42,559 bases of DNA from Vulcanimicrobiota bacterium (GCA_030043675.1 JASHXG010000009.1:1-42559); one strand, 5' to 3'; counted from the stretch's first letter, positions 26,779 to 35,130 are shown. Notes: generated by a model not told the origin, from the letters alone. Numbers and translations: made by a program.

Positions 26779-27717
26779 ATGCGTCTTGTTTGGCGCGCGG
26801 CTGCAATTCTCGCGGCGCTGGCGTTGGCTCCATCGGTGGGAGTCTCACAAACGTCGCCGCCGGCGACGGCGAACGCGCAGCTTGGAATCGCGCTCCCGGC
26901 CGTCGGCGGAATCCGCTGGCCTGCGATTCGACGGCGCTTCTTCACGCCGGCCGTTATGCGCGACATTCACGACAATCTGCACGCGAGCTTCGTGCGCGTC
27001 GGATGGCGGCCGGACGCGCTACGCGTCGAGCAAGTGCGCTGGCATCGCGAAGACCAGGGCCTCGATACGGTGTGCAGCTCGGGACTGCAGGCGATGATCC
27101 TCGTTCCCAATCCGAACGACGATCACATGGGCGAGCAGCACCTGGTCGATACGGTCGGGGAATTCTTCGCGCGGTACACGCGCCGCGAGTTCGGCTGTCT
27201 GCGCTACGCGGAGATCGCAAATGAAGCCGACATTCACAGCAACGGCTTCGCAAGCGTGAGCGATTACGCCGCGTACTACAAGCAGGTCGCGCCGGCGATC
27301 GCCGCTTTCGGCATACAGGTCATTACCAGCGGAACTTCCGGAAAGGATTTGCCCTGGACGGTGGCATTGGCCTCGATTCTGCGAAACGCGAATCCAAGTC
27401 CGCCGGTCAGCGGATACGGCTTTCACCCGTACGGCGTCCGGCCCGATCAGATGGCGGCTGCGGTCGAGCAGCTGCGCGACGCAATCGGCAACGACCGCGA
27501 CGGCGTGGCGCCGACTGTCTACGTCACGGAGATCGGCAAAAATAACGCCGCCGATCTCTACCAGACTATCGTGCGTCTCGCACCGGTTACACCGACGGTC
27601 ACGATCTACGAATACATGGCGCAACCGAACGAAGACCCCGAGTATGGATTACTCGACAATCCGGCGCTTTACGACGCGGTGCGCAGGGCAGGGGCCGTGC
27701 TTGCTGCGGGGAGATAG
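26779..27717 (+). CDS. Secreted (beta/alpha)8 glycoside hydrolase-like protein (clan GH-A pattern)
   Basis: Track ORF 26410..27717. The internal ATG 26779 gives the signal peptide MRLVWRAAAILAALALAPSVGVSQ. A candidate acid/base motif YAEIANEADIH and a candidate nucleophile VYVTEIG are spaced as in clan GH-A enzymes. The family is not assignable by eye. Confidence 0.5.
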   Translation: MRLVWRAAAILAALALAPSVGVSQTSPPATANAQLGIALPAVGGIRWPAIRRRFFTPAVMRDIHDNLHASFVRVGWRPDALRVEQVRWHREDQGLDTVCSSGLQAMILVPNPNDDHMGEQHLVDTVGEFFARYTRREFGCLRYAEIANEADIHSNGFASVSDYAAYYKQVAPAIAAFGIQVITSGTSGKDLPWTVALASILRNANPSPPVSGYGFHPYGVRPDQMAAAVEQLRDAIGNDRDGVAPTVYVTEIGKNNAADLYQTIVRLAPVTPTVTIYEYMAQPNEDPEYGLLDNPALYDAVRRAGAVLAAGR

Positions 27718-27779
27718 GGCAGGCTTGCTAACCGTCCCAATAGAAGCGTGCGCCAAGTCGAAGCACTTTGGAGCACTTT

Positions 27780-28667
27780 ATGAATTTCATCCGTTGGCTG
27801 CCGCTCGTGATGCTAGGATTCGCGCTGGCCGCGGCGCCGGCGCGAGCGCAACAGACGCCGCCGCCGGCGCCCTTGCCGCCGCCTGCTAATCCCACCCCTC
27901 TCGACCGTGAATACGATGGCCAGTTGCACATCACGCTCGCCCCGTACATTTGGGCCCCGAACGTCAAGCTCAACGCGCAGTACACGATTCAGACGCTGCC
28001 CACGCGTCCGGTTCACATCGTGGCGCCCAGTATCGAGGTCGGGCCGAGTGACTACCTGCCGAAAGTCGACTCGGCATTCTCGGGCGCGTTCGACGCGCGC
28101 AAGGGCATCGTCGATCTCTTCGGTGACGTCATCTACCTCAACGCTGCGACGAGCGCATCATTTGTCGGAACGATTAGCGGTCCGCTCGGGAGGGTCCACA
28201 TCCCCTTCACCGTCGATACGACCGCGCGCATCTCTCCCGCGATCTGGGAGTTGGCGGCCGGCGTCACGCTCGCACACAATGATTTCGCGGATGTAAGCTT
28301 CTTTGCCGGAACGCGCCAGTTCCCGATCTCGGCGTCGCTGAGCTACAACGCCGTCGTCGGCCGGCGAGGAATCATCGCTCCATCGGGAAGTCTCCACACG
28401 TTCGATGCCGCCGATGACATGATCCTTGGCTTGCGCGGCAAGGTGTTCTTTAACCAGCGTATCTTCGTGCCGTATTACGGAGACTTCGGGAACGGCAGCA
28501 ACAACCAGTCCTGGGAGGCGTATGGGGGCGCCGGCTACGCATTCGATCACGGCCAAACCATCGTCGCGCTCTACCGCGCCCTCAGCTACTTCAACTTTCC
28601 TCCGAGCGCTCACCCGCAGAGGCTGAACATGTACGGCCCGCTCTTAGGTTACACGTTCCACATCTAG
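27780..28667 (+). CDS. Putative outer-membrane beta-barrel protein
   Basis: ATG 27780 is preceded by GGAG 6 nt upstream (the track start is TTG 27768). Signal peptide MNFIRWLPLVMLGFALAAAPARA-QQ, then a Pro-rich linker. The rest alternates hydrophobic and polar residues with frequent Gly/aromatic turns and has an aromatic-rich C-terminus (LLGYTFHI). Confidence 0.5.
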   Translation: MNFIRWLPLVMLGFALAAAPARAQQTPPPAPLPPPANPTPLDREYDGQLHITLAPYIWAPNVKLNAQYTIQTLPTRPVHIVAPSIEVGPSDYLPKVDSAFSGAFDARKGIVDLFGDVIYLNAATSASFVGTISGPLGRVHIPFTVDTTARISPAIWELAAGVTLAHNDFADVSFFAGTRQFPISASLSYNAVVGRRGIIAPSGSLHTFDAADDMILGLRGKVFFNQRIFVPYYGDFGNGSNNQSWEAYGGAGYAFDHGQTIVALYRALSYFNFPPSAHPQRLNMYGPLLGYTFHI

Positions 28668-29872
28668 CTCAAAAGCGCGCTAGCCCGTTCGGACCGGGTT
28701 TCGTCGCTGGAGCGTCCGATGCGGATCCGACGACCGTCGCAAGCCTGGCTGTCGTCGGCGCGGCGACGGGCTACATGCTTTCCTGGCTGGTTGTGCTCTT
28801 GTTTCCGATGATCGCGATCGTTCAGTCCATCGCCGCTTCGGTTGGCACCTCGCAAATCAGCATTCAAGGCGCGATCAAGCGCCGGTACGGCTTGACGTGG
28901 GCGCTGCTCGCCCTGATTGCCGTCGTTTCCGTGAACCTCATGACGCTTGCGGCCGATATCCAGGCGGGTGCGGAATCGCTCAAGCTGCTCTTCGGCGTGC
29001 CCCGCCAGGTTTTTGTCCTCCCATTCGCAGCTGGTGCAGCCGCGCTGCTCCTGGTGCGATCCTATCGGCGCGTTGAGCGCGTTCTCTCCTGTCTTCCCTT
29101 CATCTTCGTGGCCTACGGCATCAGCGCCGTGCTCGCCAAGCCTGACTGGTCGGCGCTTGCGCACTCGCTGTTCTTTCCACGCTTCTCGCTCTCGCCGCCG
29201 GTCGTGACCGGCGCCTTGGCGCTGCTTGGGACGACCCTAACGAGTTACGTGTATTATTGGGAGCAGATCCAAGTCTCCGAGCGCCGGACGCCGGCGACGC
29301 GCGCGGGTTGGGCGAGGTCCGACGCCGCTTGGGGAGCGCTGGCGCCGGCAATCTGTTTCTTCTTCATCCTGGTCGCGACGGCCGCAACCCTCGGAAAGAG
29401 TCACTCCAACGTGCAAACGGCCACCGATGCAGCCGTCGCATTGCAGCCGTTGGCGGGCCGATGGGCGACGGCGCTTTTTGCCGTCGGGCTGCTCGCGTCG
29501 GCCGCCCTCGCCGTTCCGATTCTTGCGGCGACCAGCGCCTACGTCGTGACGCAAACCTTCGATCGGAACGGCAGCCTCGACGCGAGCTGGCGCGACGCGC
29601 CGATCTTCTACGCGGTCTTGCTGGGCTGTCTCGCGCTGTCGGCAGCCTTCGCGCTGGTCGGGTCTTCGCCGATCGCTCTGCTCTACGCGGCCTCAGTCGC
29701 CGGCGGCCTGGCAACGCCACTGACGCTCTGGCTTTTGGTAGCCATCGCGCGCAACCGCGCCATCATGGGGGAAGGCCGCATCGGCGGCCCGCTGTTTTTC
29801 GGCGGCACGGCAGTCGCCGGGGTCGTCACCGCCTCGTGCGCCGTCTTCCTCTTGAACGCGTTTCGCAGCTAG
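28655..29872 (+). CDS. Nramp-related divalent metal transporter with an unresolved start
   Basis: The track ORF starts at ATG 28775. The same frame upstream encodes FGPGFVAGASDADPTTVASLAVVGAATGY, the conserved TM1 motif of this family, with no ATG/GTG/TTG. An in-frame GTT at 28655 lies 6 nt after AGG and would give (M)PHLAQKRASPFGPGF. The remainder is a multi-TM protein with LGTTLTSYVYYWE. Confidence 0.7.
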   Translation, partial: VPHLAQKRASPFGPGFVAGASDADPTTVASLAVVGAATGYMLSWLVVLLFPMIAIVQSIAASVGTSQISIQGAIKRRYGLTWALLALIAVVSVNLMTLAADIQAGAESLKLLFGVPRQVFVLPFAAGAAALLLVRSYRRVERVLSCLPFIFVAYGISAVLAKPDWSALAHSLFFPRFSLSPPVVTGALALLGTTLTSYVYYWEQIQVSERRTPATRAGWARSDAAWGALAPAICFFFILVATAATLGKSHSNVQTATDAAVALQPLAGRWATALFAVGLLASAALAVPILAATSAYVVTQTFDRNGSLDASWRDAPIFYAVLLGCLALSAAFALVGSSPIALLYAASVAGGLATPLTLWLLVAIARNRAIMGEGRIGGPLFFGGTAVAGVVTASCAVFLLNAFRS

Positions 29873-29878
29873 AAGTCG

Positions 29879-30805
29879 CTACAGATCTCGCGCGCAGCGA
29901 AACCCGAGATGTGACATTCCGGTGTCGATCATCTGTGGCGAGCGTGCTGCCGGACGAAACCGTAAACAATAGCTCGGCGAACAGAGGAACGATCCGCCCT
30001 TGAGCACTTTGCGAGGAATGCGAAACTTCGGCTGACACGGATCGTAGCTGAGCTCGCGGGCGCCGCCGGCGCAACATGGCGATTCCAAAATGGCGCGTTC
30101 GGCGACGTACCAGTCGCTGGTCCACTCCCAGACGTTGCCGGCCATGTCGTAAAGCCCGAATCCGTTCGGCTCGAACAGGCCCACCGGCATCGTGCCCGGT
30201 CCGCGACGATAGGTGCTGTGCCAGGGAAAATCCCCTTGCCAGGTGTTCGCCGCAGGCTTGCCGCCGGGTTCCATCTCGTCTCCCCAAACGAAACTCTTCT
30301 GATCCAGACCGCCGCGCGCCGCGAACTCCCACTCGGCCTCGGTTGGAAGCCGTTTTCCGACCCAGTGCGCGTACGTCTCTACGTCTTCATACGCGACGTG
30401 AACGACCGGATGGTCGGGGCGCGAATCGATCGAGCTGCCGGGGCCGTCGGGATGCTTCCAGGATGCGCCCGGCGTCCACGACCACCATTGGGAGTAATCC
30501 CGCAGGTCGACCGGACCGGCCGTCATGTGAAAAACCATCGAACCCGGGACCAGATTTTCGGCTGGGGCTCCAGGGTAATCGTCGGGATTCAATGCGCGTT
30601 CGGCAACGGTAACGTATCCCGTCTTGCGAACGAATTTCGAGAACTCACTGTTCGTAACGGTAAACGGGTCGATCAAGAAGCCGGCGACGTGAACCTCGTG
30701 AATCGGTGCTTCCTCGGGATAAAAACGATCGGATCCCATGCGGAACGTGCCGCCTGGGATCACGATCATGCCGTCGCGCCTGGTATCAGGCCCCTTGATC
30801 GCCAT
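29879..30805 (-). CDS. Formylglycine-generating enzyme (FGE/SUMF1 family)
   Basis: 308 aa. MIVIPGGTFRMGSD, PIHEVHVAGFLIDPFTVTNSEF and GNVWEWTSDWY are present. The C-terminal KGGSFLCSPSYCLRFRPAARS...GFRCA has the two catalytic Cys spaced as in aerobic FGEs. An alternative start is ATG 30769. Confidence 0.85.
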   Translation of the reverse strand: MAIKGPDTRRDGMIVIPGGTFRMGSDRFYPEEAPIHEVHVAGFLIDPFTVTNSEFSKFVRKTGYVTVAERALNPDDYPGAPAENLVPGSMVFHMTAGPVDLRDYSQWWSWTPGASWKHPDGPGSSIDSRPDHPVVHVAYEDVETYAHWVGKRLPTEAEWEFAARGGLDQKSFVWGDEMEPGGKPAANTWQGDFPWHSTYRRGPGTMPVGLFEPNGFGLYDMAGNVWEWTSDWYVAERAILESPCCAGGARELSYDPCQPKFRIPRKVLKGGSFLCSPSYCLRFRPAARSPQMIDTGMSHLGFRCARDL

Positions 30806-31631
30806 AGATCAGCGCGGTCTTCGTCGTTCCGTCGCTCAGGTAGTCCTTCAACGACACCTGCAGCGCCTTGAAGAAATCGTCGGCGGCCCGTTGGCCTTTC
30901 TCCTCTTTCTCGTCGCCATCGACGACCCGCGTTGAGAAGCCAAACTCGGCGATCAATGGCTCGAAGCGATCGGGAATGGGCCGGGCCCAGACCGCCAGCG
31001 TCGCGTGGGCGACGACGCCGTGCCCGAACGAAAGATTCCCCAGGGTCGACTGAAGCTCGAAGACCTTTGCGCCGGCGACGATCGCGAGCGTATCTTCCAA
31101 ATCTAGGCCCAACGTTTTGAGATGCGGTAGGTGGTCTGCGAGACGCGAGAGCGGAATCTCCGCTTGAGTCCCGGGATAGTCGACGATGACGTTGTTCGAG
31201 AAAATGCTCGTCATCGTTCCGATCGTGTCGCCGCGAATGAGCTCCTCTTTGAACTTCTTCTTCTGCAGCTTCGGCAGGTTGGTATCGGTGTCAAAAGCTG
31301 CCGCCTTTTCGTACTCGGGCGCGCGGCACTTGAAGGTGAGCTCCCAGCTCTCGCCGGGCCAGACGCTCTCTCGAATCTGCCGAATACGGAAAATCAGCTT
31401 GTTCTTGCGCAGATCCTCGTTCTTCGTGTCGTAGAACTGCACGATCCGAAGCTGGGCGTCGAGCGACTCGACCGGTTCGTAGTGGACGCCGAGGCTCTTC
31501 GCCGTCTGCTCCAATTTTACGTTGAAATCGAGCACCGCTTGACGGCTCAAAAACTTATCCGGCTTCAGCAAAAGCTTGAATTCGCGGTGCGTTACCAGCG
31601 GCGTGGCGCTCTTTTCTACGGTCTTGCTCAT
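30786..31631 (-). CDS. Hypothetical protein, possibly a divergent CYTH/triphosphate-tunnel (TTM)-like fold
   Basis: 281 aa with no signal peptide or TM segment. Beta-strand-like segments carry alternating charged residues in the order seen in CYTH proteins: REFKLLLK, LIFRIRQIR, WELTFKCR, KKKFKEELIR, LIAEFGFS. The canonical ExExK is degenerate (only ExK). The fold assignment is an inference. Confidence 0.45.
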   Translation of the reverse strand: MSKTVEKSATPLVTHREFKLLLKPDKFLSRQAVLDFNVKLEQTAKSLGVHYEPVESLDAQLRIVQFYDTKNEDLRKNKLIFRIRQIRESVWPGESWELTFKCRAPEYEKAAAFDTDTNLPKLQKKKFKEELIRGDTIGTMTSIFSNNVIVDYPGTQAEIPLSRLADHLPHLKTLGLDLEDTLAIVAGAKVFELQSTLGNLSFGHGVVAHATLAVWARPIPDRFEPLIAEFGFSTRVVDGDEKEEKGQRAADDFFKALQVSLKDYLSDGTTKTALIYGDQGA

Positions 31632-31652
31632 TGATTTACTACTCCTACGATG

Positions 31653-32414
31653 TTAGCTGTTCGCCGAGCCGGCGTCGCTGCCGCCGAGCTCCGCGCGCAA
31701 ACCCTCTCCGAGCTTCTTGCGCGCTTTTTCTCCTTCGGTAAGGGGCTCGGGCTCCCACGGCTCCCATTCCTCCCAACCCAAGGTCTGAGCGGTGAGCCGG
31801 AAACCGAAGCCGATAAAGAACGCGATCGCCGTCGATAGGGCCACCGATAGTCCGAGCCCGGCGATGCAGACGCAGTACGCGATCCCGGTCAGCGCTGCGG
31901 CCGTCATGAAGAACTCGCCGCGGACGAGCTGCTTGGGAACGACCAGGCAGGCGCTGTCGATGATCCACCGGCCGGCCGTCGTCGCGATCATCCCGATCAG
32001 CACCGCGGCCAAGTATCCGAGATGGGCGGTCAGCGCCGCCTGCGCACCGACGATCGCGTACCATGGCAGCGTGAAGGCGGTCATGAATTGAAAGAGACCG
32101 TCCTTGAACTTCTGCGCGCTGCTGTAGTCGATGATCAGCGCGAGCCAAGCGGCGACGAAGCAGAGGATCAGGTACCACGGGTTCACGAGCGGCGAGGGGA
32201 CCTTGTTGACGAGCACGTCGCGCACGACGCCGCCGCCGATGCCGCCCGCGTACGCCAAGATGACGATGCCCATCACGGTGAAGTGCCGGTAATGATCGGG
32301 GCGCCGCGCAAGGAGGGCGCCGTTGAACGCGTTGGTCGTGGCCGCGACTAAGGAAATGTAGTCGACGAGGGTGAGCGTCTTGAAACCGAACTGCGAGATG
32401 ACGGGTGCGATCAT
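31653..32414 (-). CDS. TRIC-type cation channel / UPF0126 (YadS/YicG-like) membrane protein
   Basis: 253 aa with two UPF0126-like halves. The Gly-rich helices AYAGGIGGGVVRDVL and IATTAGRWIIDS fit this family. The ATG overlaps the upstream stop (ATGA at 32411..32414). Confidence 0.75.
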   Translation of the reverse strand: MIAPVISQFGFKTLTLVDYISLVAATTNAFNGALLARRPDHYRHFTVMGIVILAYAGGIGGGVVRDVLVNKVPSPLVNPWYLILCFVAAWLALIIDYSSAQKFKDGLFQFMTAFTLPWYAIVGAQAALTAHLGYLAAVLIGMIATTAGRWIIDSACLVVPKQLVRGEFFMTAAALTGIAYCVCIAGLGLSVALSTAIAFFIGFGFRLTAQTLGWEEWEPWEPEPLTEGEKARKKLGEGLRAELGGSDAGSANS

Positions 32415-33265
32415 GCCGGAGCTCTCTCGACGGTGCGCGTGAAGTAGATGCCTACGATCGTCACGACGATGAATTGAACCAAGAGGTAGGTCAGGATCGC
32501 AGCTGGGACGAGCGACGACGCGGAGAAGTTCGAGGTCGCTATCAGCGCGGCGAGTCCGATGTTGCGCAGCGTCGTAGCGGTTCCGAGTACGCGTCGCGTC
32601 TCACGCGCCGGACCGCCGAGTGCCAAACCGGTCAGCATCGACAGCACGACGATGCAGAGCATTGCCACCATGCCCCGTGAACCGTAGACCACCGCAACGC
32701 TGTGCGCAAGTTTCGGAGCCGCCGCAGCTAGCAACACAAGAACTGTCAAGACAAAGACGATGCGGAAAATTCGCGAGAGCCGCGGCGCTGCCGCGGGGAC
32801 GCGGTAGCCAAAGGCGACTCCCAGCAACAGCGGCAGCGTCTGGAAGAGCAACAGCGTTACGACGAACTGCCCGAGCGGAAGCTGCGCCACTGCGTCGGGA
32901 GGAAGCAGCAGCCGAGCGGTCAGGGGCACCGTCACGATGGAGAGCAGCGGCAGGAACAGCGAGAGCTCAACCGCGAGGCCGAGACTGCCGCCCCGTTTGC
33001 GGACCTGAATGAGAACGAGCGGGACACCGGGGGCAATCGCCATCAAGAGAACGCCGGTCGCGATCTCCGGGGGCAGCGCAAAGAGCTTGACGAGCAGCAG
33101 TCCGATAATAGGGACGACTACGAAGTTTGCGAGCAGTGCTCGCGCGAGCAGGCCGACGTCTTTGAGAATCGCGAACAGATGCTCGCGGTTGACTTCCAAG
33201 CCTGCGCTGAACGTCAGCGAAACGAGTACGGCTGCCGAGATGAGCTTTTCAGGGCTCATTGTCAT
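32411..33265 (-). CDS. Bile acid:Na+ symporter (BASS/SBF) family transporter
   Basis: Track ORF 32411..33376. An internal ATG at 33265 (or 33259) precedes MTMSPEKLISAAVLVSLTFSAGLEV....LLANFVVVPIIGLLL...GVLLMAIAPG, which is typical of the SBF fold. Confidence 0.75.
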   Translation of the reverse strand: MTMSPEKLISAAVLVSLTFSAGLEVNREHLFAILKDVGLLARALLANFVVVPIIGLLLVKLFALPPEIATGVLLMAIAPGVPLVLIQVRKRGGSLGLAVELSLFLPLLSIVTVPLTARLLLPPDAVAQLPLGQFVVTLLLFQTLPLLLGVAFGYRVPAAAPRLSRIFRIVFVLTVLVLLAAAAPKLAHSVAVVYGSRGMVAMLCIVVLSMLTGLALGGPARETRRVLGTATTLRNIGLAALIATSNFSASSLVPAAILTYLLVQFIVVTIVGIYFTRTVERAPA

Positions 33266-33362
33266 ACCCCCAAGAAGGAACCGGGCGTTGTGCCTTCCTC
33301 GCCGATATGACCGGGGCCTTTTGCGATAGGGGCGCTTTTTCGCAAGGCGGAAGAGTACCGGA

Positions 33363-33986
33363 ATGCTGGACCGCAAGGCGGTTGACCGCGTCGTCGATGT
33401 CGCCTCGGTGGCGTTGATCTCGATCGCCGCGGTCCTCTCTGCATTCTGCAGCTATCAGTCGGGGCGGTGGGGGGAGGCGCAGTCACGCTTCTACAGCATC
33501 GCGAACGCACAGCACGTGCGCAGCGCCGAAGCCATTGGCCGCAGCAACGCGCTGATGACCATCGATGTGACCCTCTTCCTGAACTATATCAACGCCGTGG
33601 CCGGCGGCCGGACACGGGAGGCGGAGTTTTTCAATCGACGGTTTCGGCCGGAGATGCGCCCGGCGATGAATGCCTGGCTTGCGACTAAGCCGCTTACCAA
33701 TCCCAAGGCGCCGAGTTCGCCCTTCGTTATGCGGCAGTACACGCTGCGCACGAAATCGGAAGCCGAGAGTTATAACCGGAGTGCCGCCGCAAGTTTCGAT
33801 TCGGCACAGGAGGCAGCGCGTCACGCCGACGCCTTCCTGCTGTTGACGGTCATCTTCGCCGGCGTCTCATTTTTGGCCGGAGTGAGCACGAAGATGGTCT
33901 TCCCGCGTCACCTAATGCTCGTCACTCTGGGCACTCTCGCGTTGGCCTACGGGCTCATTCGCCTCGTCAGCCTCCCGTTCTTGTAG
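33363..33986 (+). CDS. Hypothetical membrane protein (207 aa)
   Basis: One N-terminal TM segment and two C-terminal TM segments flank a soluble helical segment. I recognise no motif. Confidence 0.55.
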   Translation: MLDRKAVDRVVDVASVALISIAAVLSAFCSYQSGRWGEAQSRFYSIANAQHVRSAEAIGRSNALMTIDVTLFLNYINAVAGGRTREAEFFNRRFRPEMRPAMNAWLATKPLTNPKAPSSPFVMRQYTLRTKSEAESYNRSAAASFDSAQEAARHADAFLLLTVIFAGVSFLAGVSTKMVFPRHLMLVTLGTLALAYGLIRLVSLPFL

Positions 33987-33992
33987 ACGCCA

Positions 33993-34514
33993 TTATCGCA
34001 GCGCAATCAAGCCGATTACGCCGCCGCCGAGGATGAAGAACACCGGGTTGATTCGCGTCTTTGCTACGGCGGCGAAGGTCGCGAGCGCGACGAGCAACGT
34101 GAGCCATCCCGTGACGGCCGTTCGGCCGAACGTGATCAGACCGCCAACTGCCAGCCCAATCGCCACCGGCGCGAGCCCTTTTTGAATCGAGGCGCGCCAC
34201 GGCCACTGCTCCAGGCGCGTCCACAAACGCCCGACCAAAAACGTCAGGATTCCGGTCGGGATGAAAAACGCGAGCGCACACACGAGCGCGCCAGGAAACC
34301 CGCTGACGAGCTGGCCGACCTCGGCGACCATCATCATGTTCGGGCCCGGCGACATCTGTCCGGTGCTGTAGACGTGGGTCAGTTGTTCGGCGGTCAACCA
34401 GCCGTGGACGTCGACGATCTGCACCCGCATCTCGGGGAAGGCCGCCATCCCTCCGCCGATCGTCAAGAATGACAGATAGGCGAAGACTTTAGCTAGTGCA
34501 GGGAGTTGATCCAC
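33993..34514 (-). CDS. chrA: Chromate transporter (CHR) family, short-chain C-terminal-type half
   Basis: Track ORF 33993..34616. The in-frame GTG 34514 lies 6 nt after GGAGGA and overlaps the upstream half-gene by 22 nt. FAYLSFLTIGGGMAAFPEM is the CHR signature. Confidence 0.8.
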   Translation of the reverse strand: MDQLPALAKVFAYLSFLTIGGGMAAFPEMRVQIVDVHGWLTAEQLTHVYSTGQMSPGPNMMMVAEVGQLVSGFPGALVCALAFFIPTGILTFLVGRLWTRLEQWPWRASIQKGLAPVAIGLAVGGLITFGRTAVTGWLTLLVALATFAAVAKTRINPVFFILGGGVIGLIALR

Positions 34515-35080
34515 TGTTCTTCCTCCTGCGCGGGCTTCTCCGCCGGCGTAGTCGTCGGCCGGTACGTGAAGATCGCCAGCGCGCCCACGGCCAGCAGCGT
34601 GATCGGCACGCCCCACTTGAAGTAGTTGATGCCTAAGATTGCGGCCATCACAAAGAACGCGTCATAGAATCCCCGCAGGGATTTCTTTCCGATTTTGAAC
34701 CAGGTCGCGGCGAGCAAACCGGTTGCGGCGGCGGCGACCCCGCGCAGTGCCGCGCTCGCCAGCGGCCGCGCGTGCGCTTCTCCATACACGACGCCCGCCG
34801 CCGTCATGAAGATGAAGGCCGGAATGCACATCGCGATCAGTGCGAGGGAAGCTCCCGGCCAGCCGCCCAACCGGTCGCCGGCGAGAATCGCGATATTGGT
34901 GGCATTGAGGCCGGGCAGCGTGTTGCTGATCGACGTCAGCTCCAGAAACTCGACGTCGCCGAACCACTTCTTGTTACGCACCAAGCCATCTCGCAGATAG
35001 GCGACGACGCCTCCACCGAAGCTAATCGCGCCAATCTGCAAGAACGTCAGAAATATATCGATGACCGATGCCTTGCGCAT
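34493..35080 (-). CDS. chrA: Chromate transporter (CHR) family, short-chain N-terminal-type half
   Basis: 195 aa, with the CHR signature FLTFLQIGAISFGGGVVAYLRDGLV....W. Confidence 0.8.
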   Translation of the reverse strand: MRKASVIDIFLTFLQIGAISFGGGVVAYLRDGLVRNKKWFGDVEFLELTSISNTLPGLNATNIAILAGDRLGGWPGASLALIAMCIPAFIFMTAAGVVYGEAHARPLASAALRGVAAAATGLLAATWFKIGKKSLRGFYDAFFVMAAILGINYFKWGVPITLLAVGALAIFTYRPTTTPAEKPAQEEEQWINSLH

Positions 35081-35130
35081 GATCCGGGTAGGTTCCCGCG
35101 CAACCGCGCGGCCCCTGGTGCGTGGACGCT

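Noticed and set aside
30786-31631. The orphan gene appears less GC-rich than its surroundings, considered as a possible horizontally acquired islet or defence gene.
   Set aside because: There are no flanking repeats, tRNA, integrase or other mobility genes. Third codon positions remain G/C-biased like the host genes, and the gene is embedded in an operon with overlapping junctions. The composition was judged by eye only.
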